From IMG/VR virus record IMGVR_UViG_3300047166_000016, positions 3,661 to 67,660 of that record: a DNA stretch of 64,000 bases. One strand, given 5' to 3'. Shown piece after piece: positions 57,558-64,000 of this stretch (the stretch's first letter is position 1; each line of letters begins with the position of its first letter). The stretch is from a virus. The position numbers were made by a program, and so were the translations under genes. A model generated the notes under the pieces. It was not told the DNA's origin and searched no databases. It worked only from the letters and a program-made list of their open reading frames with translations.

Positions 57558-58097
57558 TCATGCGGCATCGTCCTCGGTCGCCGTGCCAGCCGCAACAGCG
57601 CCGACGATCGGCAGTTTGGTCGATACACCTTGACCTCCCGGCGGATCGTCAGAGCGACGGTTGGCCTTGCGCGGCTTCCCGCCGACATAGGTTTCGTCCA
57701 TTTCGACCAGACCAGTCAGCAGCGCACCGTTGTCCGTCATGGCCTTCCGAACGCGGTGCATCATGGACCAAACGGTCGGCTGGCGGATTTCGATATCTCG
57801 CGCGGCCTGCATGGAGGACAACCCCTTCTTGGCGCTGAGCATCAGGGAGACCAGCAGAAACCAGCGTTGCAGGTCGATATGGGTTTTGTGAAAGATCGTG
57901 CCGACGGTGACGGAAAACGATTTCTTGCAGTCCTGGCATTGCCAGCGATCGTCTCGGGTGACTTCCCGATGGCGCGAGACTTTGCTGGACGCGCAATAAA
58001 CGCACGTGGGGCTTTCGCCCCATCGCACGCTTTCAAGATGCTGGATGCACGCTTCGCGCGTGGGCCAGCGGCGGTATACTTCGACGATGCCGGTCAT
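57558..58097 (-). pseudogene. IS1595-family transposase, C-terminally truncated
   Basis: Zn ribbon CVYC/CQDC, FSVTVGTIF, KKGLSS and VEMDETYVGG; homology stops after PIVGAV, so the later catalytic residues are missing. Confidence 0.9.
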
Positions 58098-58100
58098 TGG

Positions 58101-58334
58101 TCAGATCACCGCCCGAAACCAGCGTGTTCCGTCGCCGTTCGGGTCTCGCCGATGAGAGGCGACCAAGCGCCCCCGTGCGTCAATGATCTCACACCAGTCC
58201 GCCGTCTGGCCATAGGATTCGGCATGCTCGCGGCATTCCCGAACCGTATCAAATTTGACAGGAGCGAATATCGATCTGCTGCCGCCAACGTGAGCAAGGT
58301 AGGGACCGCTGCCGCGAGAAGGGTGATTGACCAT
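58101..58334 (-). CDS. Hypothetical passenger protein
   Basis: GGAGG RBS; directly upstream of the transposase. Confidence 0.6.
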   Translation of the reverse strand: MVNHPSRGSGPYLAHVGGSRSIFAPVKFDTVRECREHAESYGQTADWCEIIDARGRLVASHRRDPNGDGTRWFRAVI

Positions 58335-58337
58335 AGA

Positions 58338-58655
58338 TCAACCCTCCCGCCGAAACGCGTGTTGATCGGTCACGATTTCCTGACGGCCAGCGCTTACGAC
58401 GGTCTGTTTGATGTCCTGATAAGTCCGGTGCTCCAATACGTCGGCCTCGATCGTCACCAGGACGCCCGGCTTGCTGCCAAGCGCCGAATTCCGCCGCAGC
58501 ACGAACAGGTTGCCATCGATATCCTCAATGATGTGCATGACGGGCTTGTTGCCGACCATCCGGCGAATGACGCCCTCGATTCTGATGCGGTCGCCGATCA
58601 CGCCGAAGTGGTTGGATGTCTTGCGAGGCTCGGCGGCTTTAACGATCGTTGCCAT
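58338..58655 (-). CDS. OB-fold-like passenger protein
   Basis: FG..GDRI...EDIDGNLFV...EHRTYQDIKQT. Confidence 0.55.
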   Translation of the reverse strand: MATIVKAAEPRKTSNHFGVIGDRIRIEGVIRRMVGNKPVMHIIEDIDGNLFVLRRNSALGSKPGVLVTIEADVLEHRTYQDIKQTVVSAGRQEIVTDQHAFRREG

Positions 58656-59215
58656 CGTCTGTCTCCGCCCCTGAACCCCGAGGCGCGGGCCGGAAGGGAA
58701 GCCCCGTCCGGTAAGCAGGAATGTAGCCGATCAGGGGATAGCCGTCAAGCCCTAAAGCGTATAGTTCCGGGAAAATCCGATGACCGATGAGCAAGCCAAA
58801 CAGATCGTCTCTGCGATCAGGTGTCTTGCGGTGTGGCTTGGTTTAATCATCGCGGTGATAGGTTGCGCTATCGCCCGTGCAATTATGACGAGGGTGCATT
58901 GACCGCCCTCACCGGCTGGTGCGTCGTTCGCCCGGGCGGATCGGCGCGACCGTGACCGAGGCCGACGCCTGGCAGATAGCGCTGGCGTGGCCTGATGCTG
59001 CGATGATCCGCGATGCCAAACGCGACGGCGCGCGGGCGTTCCGGTGCCGGGTTGTGGAGATCGAGGATGTTTGACGGTCTCGATGACTGGCCGCACTTCG
59101 ATCCCGCCCCCGAACGTCGGCGCGAGCCATCGTCGCGCGCGCCGTGGATCGGAGCGGCGGTGTTTCTGGTGCTCGCCGTCGCGGTTGTCGCGACTTTGTT
59201 TTGAGGGGAAGATAG

Positions 59216-59449
59216 ATGCCTTGCACCGAACTAAAACCGTCCGACTTCGACCTTCTCGACCAACTCAACATCCGGGATTGGTCGCGCGTAGTCTTTTCAT
59301 CGGTCGATCCCGATGCGCCGCGACGGCTTGTCGATGCGCGGATGATCGAGTTGCGGTCGACGGTAAAAGTCGCGGACGGGTATTATCTCATGGCCCGGCT
59401 GTTGCCGGATGGACTGTCCGCGCTGGCAGATTGGGAGGGATTGAAATGA
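59216..59449 (+). CDS. Hypothetical protein
   Basis: GAGG RBS. Confidence 0.5.
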   Translation: MPCTELKPSDFDLLDQLNIRDWSRVVFSSVDPDAPRRLVDARMIELRSTVKVADGYYLMARLLPDGLSALADWEGLK

Positions 59450-59751
59450 CGGACACGAAATCTCATAAGGTCTCTATCGCCGATATGCTTGGGACGAATC
59501 CCGAGCGTATTCATTCTGATGACAGCGCGTTCCTGCCCTCTCGGCGGCGTCGTGCGCCAGATGCCGAGCGGGAGATCGCGGCGTTAAAGGCCAAAGTGGG
59601 GGCGCTCGAAAAGGACGATTCCGAAGGGGAGGCATTCTACAAGAATAAAGCCGAAGATCTGGCGCATGAGATTGCCGCGTTGAAGGCGGATATTTCTCGC
59701 ATGACGGCCGAAATCGCGCGGCTTAAATTGCGTAAAGGATCGTTCTGGTGA
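59446..59751 (+). CDS. Coiled-coil hypothetical protein
   Basis: ATGA overlap; EIAALKA repeated. Confidence 0.55.
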   Translation: MTDTKSHKVSIADMLGTNPERIHSDDSAFLPSRRRRAPDAEREIAALKAKVGALEKDDSEGEAFYKNKAEDLAHEIAALKADISRMTAEIARLKLRKGSFW

Positions 59752-59799
59752 CATCCCTCGCCATCGCCCTCGCGCTGTTCGGCGCGGCCTGCATCGCGA

Positions 59800-60477
59800 T
59801 CAGGTGCCTGATGCGGCCCGAAATCGCCTGAGCGTCCGGCTCTGCGGCCCCTTGATCTGGCGCGAGCCGGAAGTGCGCGCCATGATTTGTTGCCACGGGC
59901 CGCCGTTTTTGCGTGCGCCAATGTATCCGCCCGAAGCCAGCCCAAATGGATAAGTAATCGGTGTGGACGTGCGGAACGTGTAAGGCCCCTTGCCGTCAGG
60001 ATCGAACCACGACGGGCGCACGAAATCCGACAAGAAATGACCCCCGACCGGATAAGCAAACTTGTCGTCCTCGCACGCATCGCAGACTTCCCAACAATAC
60101 TCCATCGGCCCGACCGTCACGGTGCGCGTAATCTGCGGATCGGCCAGCATTTCGAGCGTTTCGTGACTGGCCGTGACGTTCCAGTTCAGTCCGTCCCGCA
60201 AACAATCGGCAACATAGACATACCCGTTCGGCTCATTTGGGTCGTCATGCACGCCAAGCTCGCCATCGACCGGCGCATGGTCGCGAAACCACACAATCCA
60301 GCAGTCGAGCGGCAACACGTCGCCGCCTTTGACAAATTCGCATTTGGCATCGAGGCCCCAGATCGGCGCGAAGTCTCGGCTGATCTGGATTTGTTGCGCC
60401 GCGACATAAGCCTCGATCAGCGCGTCGGTCAGAAGCGCGGTGTCGCGGACGTAAGCGATGAGGGGAATGTCGGTCAC
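59800..60477 (-). CDS. Zincin-like metallopeptidase-domain protein
   Basis: [23 protein letters not shown] and LSDFV motifs; GTGA overlap. Confidence 0.6.
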   Translation of the reverse strand: MTDIPLIAYVRDTALLTDALIEAYVAAQQIQISRDFAPIWGLDAKCEFVKGGDVLPLDCWIVWFRDHAPVDGELGVHDDPNEPNGYVYVADCLRDGLNWNVTASHETLEMLADPQITRTVTVGPMEYCWEVCDACEDDKFAYPVGGHFLSDFVRPSWFDPDGKGPYTFRTSTPITYPFGLASGGYIGARKNGGPWQQIMARTSGSRQIKGPQSRTLRRFRAASGT

Positions 60478-60923
60478 TTCGCGTTCCACGGTTTGAACAT
60501 CAACAAAGTGTCTGGGTCCAATTCGTCCGCGTGCCAATGGCCCTGAAACCGAATCGCGCGATCGTCGATCGTCAGCCACGCCGCTGGTTTCTCATGGGCG
60601 AACTCGTATCGCACGATCTCGCCACCGGATACACCGAGTTTCAGCGTGCCATCTACGTCGCTATCGGCAAGTGCCTCGAACCTATGTTCGGCGCACCACC
60701 GCACCCATTCTTTTACAAGCCAGGACCGCATCGCATCGATACCGGCCTGTGTCTTTGACCGCGAGGAATAGATCGTCAGTCGCGCGCGCTTGCTTGCCGG
60801 TGCGGCCCACTCAAAAAAACCCGGCACAACGGAGCCGTATATCTCGCCTCCCTGCCACCCGCGCTCGTAGGAGTGAATTACCCCGTCGAAGTCGATGCAG
60901 ATCGTGGGCTTGAAATCGCTCAC
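60474..60923 (-). CDS. HAD-superfamily phosphatase/nucleotidase
   Basis: [12 protein letters not shown] and KP...IDDRA motifs. Confidence 0.85.
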   Translation of the reverse strand: MSDFKPTICIDFDGVIHSYERGWQGGEIYGSVVPGFFEWAAPASKRARLTIYSSRSKTQAGIDAMRSWLVKEWVRWCAEHRFEALADSDVDGTLKLGVSGGEIVRYEFAHEKPAAWLTIDDRAIRFQGHWHADELDPDTLLMFKPWNAK

Positions 60924-61381
60924 TTCCCGCCACCATGCAACGCCACGAACGCCTGTAGCTTCGCGCGCCCCGGATCGACCGCCAGCGCCGCCGTGACAGG
61001 CGCGGACGATGGAGGCGCGAGGTCCGCCGCGATGTCGGGCAAGATCGCCTGTAGCGCCGCGACGCCAGCCGTAATCGTGGCGTTGGCGTGCAGGTCCGTG
61101 AGGATCGGCCCGGCGGCGAGGCTCTTAATCTCATCCGTCGCGACGGCCACGAAATCGGCCGGCGTGGACGATCCCTTTTGCAGATCGGTCAGCGCGGTGT
61201 GCAGCACGCCATCGACCACCATGATGATCGCGGCATCGCCGGCCGGTATCAGCGGCGTGGCGGCCAACACATCGATGCCCGCGACGATCAACTGGCCGTC
61301 CTGTAGCAGCGTGGGCGAGATTGGCGTGGAACACGCGGCCAGCGCCAGGGCGAGCGCGGCGGTGCGGAAAGTGCGGGTCAT
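60920..61381 (-). CDS. Lipoprotein, possible spanin component
   Basis: Lipobox LALAA|C at residue 17; located in the lysis operon. Confidence 0.65.
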   Translation of the reverse strand: MTRTFRTAALALALAACSTPISPTLLQDGQLIVAGIDVLAATPLIPAGDAAIIMVVDGVLHTALTDLQKGSSTPADFVAVATDEIKSLAAGPILTDLHANATITAGVAALQAILPDIAADLAPPSSAPVTAALAVDPGRAKLQAFVALHGGGK

Positions 61382-61725
61382 ACGTTGTCTCCGTGTGGTG
61401 CGGCGATCTGAGCGGGACGTTTCCAGTGCGCCAGCATCTCGGCCACCGATGTTTCAGGATCGCCGAGCGTGCCGGTGCGACGGCGGTTTCGACACATCGC
61501 GGCGCATTGCTTTACGGTGATTTCCACCGCGCCGAACGATACTGCCAGGGCGCGCTTAGACAACGCGATATCGTAATGGTTGCCGGATGGCTTTTCCTGA
61601 AACCATCGCCGCGCCACGCCGATCCGATCCGCCATCGCATGAAGCTCGGCATCGGTTTCCGCGATCATGTGACACATGACCATGCGGCCATAGGCGGCTT
61701 TCATGTCGTCTACGTAGACGGTCAT
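61378..61725 (-). CDS. DUF4031 protein
   Basis: MTVYVDD...MCHMIA...ELHAMA..IG..RRWFQ...HYDI. Confidence 0.88.
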   Translation of the reverse strand: MTVYVDDMKAAYGRMVMCHMIAETDAELHAMADRIGVARRWFQEKPSGNHYDIALSKRALAVSFGAVEITVKQCAAMCRNRRRTGTLGDPETSVAEMLAHWKRPAQIAAPHGDNV

Positions 61726-61834
61726 GGTCTACCTTTCCGTTCCCGCACTTCGGCAGTCGGTGCCATGCGGTTGATTTCCTCGATTGAAAGCGGCTTGCGC
61801 CATTGTGGTGCGGCGATCTGAATGGGGTAGACGA

Positions 61835-62365
61835 TCAAGAAGCGGCCCCCTTCGGTGTTTGCGTTCCGGTCATCGCCAGCGCCGCCTTCGTGCGTCGTTC
61901 GAGCCGCGCCAGCCATCCGTCGATATCGGCCGGATTGTCGAGGCCGCGATAATAAGCGCGCTGCCGGCCGGCGAGGTTGGCGATCAACCCAACAAGCGAT
62001 TGCGCCGCGATGGCTTTCAACGTCTCTGGCCCGACGATCCAGTCGTCATCGACATCGAGCATCACTTGCAACTGCGCTACGGCGGTTCCGGGTCCGATGT
62101 TCACGCCATTGTCGAACAGCATCAAATCGAGACCGGCCGGAAGCTCATCGCCGTAAACTTCGCGCCAATAACCTGCCTCGTAAATCAGCGAGACTTGCGC
62201 GGCCGTGATCGCCTGCAACTGCGCCACCGTGCCGCGCGGGAAGTAATGGCGGAACGTCCTGAGCGTGATACCTTTTTCGGTCGGGCCGCCGGCGGGATCG
62301 TTATACCAGCCGCCTTCTTGCGCCAGAGTGAAATCGAGGCATGGCTGAAAGTTGGCGGCGGTCAT
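61835..62365 (-). CDS. Endolysin, GH108 lysozyme with peptidoglycan-binding domain
   Basis: EGGW.NDPAGGPT.KGIT, FD.GVN.G, D..VGP.T and GWL.R motifs. Confidence 0.9.
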   Translation of the reverse strand: MTAANFQPCLDFTLAQEGGWYNDPAGGPTEKGITLRTFRHYFPRGTVAQLQAITAAQVSLIYEAGYWREVYGDELPAGLDLMLFDNGVNIGPGTAVAQLQVMLDVDDDWIVGPETLKAIAAQSLVGLIANLAGRQRAYYRGLDNPADIDGWLARLERRTKAALAMTGTQTPKGAAS

Positions 62366-62511
62366 CGCGTCGATACCATCCGCAACGTCTCCATCGTGCC
62401 TCGCATTGTCAGCGAGCAGCGGCGACAATGCCATGTGCCCATGCCGATCGTGGTCGATGGATCGCGGGTCCACACGAACTCGTGCGCGCATGGGCGCCAC
62501 GTGGCGGTCAC
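62362..62511 (-). CDS. Small Zn-ribbon protein
   Basis: CAHEF...HCRRC; coupled at both ends. Confidence 0.45.
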   Translation of the reverse strand: MTATWRPCAHEFVWTRDPSTTIGMGTWHCRRCSLTMRGTMETLRMVSTR

Positions 62512-63017
62512 GAAGCCTGGACCATGACAGGCGGCGTTGCCGGGCTTGCCGCTGCTATCGTCGCCGCCGCGGGCAATCTCGCGGCAAGCGCGGTTGTGAC
62601 AGCCGTATTCTTGTTTGCCGCACTGGCCGCGGAGGTAACGGCACTCGCGGCATCGGGGAAATGTTGGTTCATGTAGTCGGTCGCCTCTTGCAGCGCGAAG
62701 TCGTGAGCAGCCTTGCTGGTCCACCCTTCATTGGCGATAATGTCCTTGGCTTTGGACAAGCCGACACTAAGACACGTCATCGCGGCGGTCTCGAATGCCG
62801 AGGCTTGCCCGGCGGAAACCTCCAATCCCTGCTTTGCCGCCTGAGCACGCAACACGTCGATCACGAATTTACCGATGATCGGAATAGCGACCGTGGCGAC
62901 ACCGATCAGCGTATTCCACATATCGGCAGTCAATTCGTTCGCGGAAGTCGGTGCGGCCTGCGCGAACGCCGCGACCGGGACCGCGAAGGCCGTGCTGGCC
63001 AGGAGGATGGTTTTCAT
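62508..63017 (-). CDS. Holin-like membrane protein with signal peptide
   Basis: MKTILLASTAFAVPVAAFA|Q, one TM segment, helical C-terminus; upstream of the endolysin. Confidence 0.6.
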   Translation of the reverse strand: MKTILLASTAFAVPVAAFAQAAPTSANELTADMWNTLIGVATVAIPIIGKFVIDVLRAQAAKQGLEVSAGQASAFETAAMTCLSVGLSKAKDIIANEGWTSKAAHDFALQEATDYMNQHFPDAASAVTSAASAANKNTAVTTALAARLPAAATIAAASPATPPVMVQAS

Positions 63018-63166
63018 GCTGGTTCCTTTGCACGTTGCTCGATCAGCCACGCATCGACGATCCACCGCACCAGTTCGCTGAGGTTGCGCCCCTGCGACAT
63101 GGCGTGTGCAGCGAGTTCGTCCTTGACCCGCGATTCCATCATGACGTTGACCGGCACCTTTGCCAT
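63014..63166 (-). CDS. Ribbon-helix-helix protein (50 aa, below the ORF-track cutoff)
   Basis: Translated by hand: MAKVPVNVMMESRVKDELAAHAMSQGRNLSELVRWIVDAWL...; ATGA-coupled to the holin-like gene. Confidence 0.7.
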   Translation of the reverse strand: MAKVPVNVMMESRVKDELAAHAMSQGRNLSELVRWIVDAWLIEQRAKEPA

Positions 63167-63249
63167 GCGCGGTTCTCACATGGCCACCGCCCGAAAGTCA
63201 AGACTTCGGCGCAACCGTCATCATAACTAACACTTGCGGAAAATGAAAG

Positions 63250-63662
63250 TCACACCCCGCCCCAGGGCCACCAGAACACATGCCGGAACGGGGTATCGCT
63301 ACCTCCGAGCACATACCACAGCGCCGCGAACGGAGGCACGAGCGCGAGAAACCATAGCGTGCGGCAATACCATTTGCGCGGTTCGTGCCACGCGCAGAGC
63401 CGGTCGAACCACCCGATTAAGGCCCCCAGGTGATCCGAATTTTTAGGTGCTGCCATATCGCGAGCGCCGCCTGCTGCGTCCACCCTATGAGGTCCGACGT
63501 AACGACGGGAGCGATTGCCGCCGCGACCGCGATATAAAGCGAGTTTCGGAACGTGGCGCGCCGCTCCAATAACACCGTATTGACGCTCTTTTCACGGTCA
63601 GCGTCCTGGCGTGCATGGGCATCGGTCGGTATGGCTCCATCGTCCTCAGTTCCTTTTGCCAC
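63250..63662 (-). CDS. Two small membrane proteins (63417-63662 and 63250 to about 63456), possible holin/antiholin
   Basis: Each has one hydrophobic segment; they lie between the tail and lysis genes. Confidence 0.45.
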
Positions 63663-63700
63663 TGCCTGGTCGCACCGTGCCCCATGCGTTCTATACTGGG

Positions 63701-63716
63701 TGTGATCTACCTCACA
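63701..63716. promoter_or_regulatory. CRP-family consensus site
   Basis: TGTGA-TCTACC-TCACA in an AT-rich intergenic region. Confidence 0.5.
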
Positions 63717-63797
63717 CTAACAAGTTTTTGACGGAAAATATACGAAAGACTTACAACCTCATGGGCAACTCACGGTAGCGGCGGTATCGTGCATCCA

Positions 63798-64000
63798 TCA
63801 CAACCCATCCGCCGGAAAACTCAGTATCCGCGTCGGATCGTTCCCGAGGATATTGCATTCGCCAGGAGATAGGACGCGGTTCCACATCGCGCCGATGGAC
63901 ATCCCGCCGTTGGCGAAACTCGTGATATTGCCGGGGTAAATTCCAATCCCTATCGTCGCTGTCGCACCGTAAGTGATCGCCCCCGACGCTGCCGCCCCGG
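63798..64000 (-). CDS. 3' end of a LamG/ConA-like (tail-associated) gene, cut by the window edge
   Basis: Translated by hand: ...IGIG...GGMSIGAMWNRVLSPGEC..., resembling a LamG C-terminus. Confidence 0.5.
   Translation of the reverse strand, partial: GAAASGAITYGATATIGIGIYPGNITSFANGGMSIGAMWNRVLSPGECNILGNDPTRILSFPADGL

Larger units (their letters stand above)
57590..58768 (-). mobile_element. Truncated IS1595-family element with passenger genes
   Basis: Minus-strand island in a plus-strand operon; candidate left end GGAACTATACGCTTTAG (58752-58768); promoter TTGACG-N17-TACATT (58720-58748). Confidence 0.65.

Noticed and set aside
1-64000. tRNA genes or CRISPR array
   Set aside because: No cloverleaf with a T-loop consensus and no regularly spaced repeat-spacer units seen by eye; tRNAscan and CRISPR finders were not run.
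63798-64000. Direct circular join of window end to window start
   Set aside because: The reading frames at the two ends do not match and there is no terminal overlap, so sequence is missing between them.

Overview
Most of the genome of a GC-rich, contractile-tailed phage with a Bcep781/Aaphi23-type gene set: DUF1073 portal, DUF2213 protease/scaffold, DUF3383-type sheath and DUF2612 wedge. The host is probably an alphaproteobacterium, judging from GcrA-like proteins, a DUF6456-like regulator and an MmgR/suhB-like sRNA. Layout: 1-31.6 kb is the minus-strand late operon (terminase, head, neck, tail, baseplate, fibres); 31.7-59.8 kb holds regulation, replication (RepB primase-helicase with iterons, RecD-like helicase), two DNA methyltransferases, many small early genes and a truncated IS1595-family element; 59.8-64 kb holds the lysis region and the 3' end of a further tail-type gene, so the two window ends probably flank a missing piece of the tail module. 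I see no integrase, CI repressor, DNA polymerase, tRNA or CRISPR array. The most unusual signal is that the distal fibre/tailspike genes of the virion operon all encode cleavable Sec-type signal peptides (mostly AxA|Q) and the two large ones are Cys-rich, which suggests tail appendages that are exported and folded in the periplasm. Also notable: a glycosyltransferase plus methyltransferase inside the head operon, a phage-borne MmgR-like sRNA whose terminator is duplicated around an inserted gene, and candidate structured RNAs. All family calls come from recognising motifs by eye; no searches were run.
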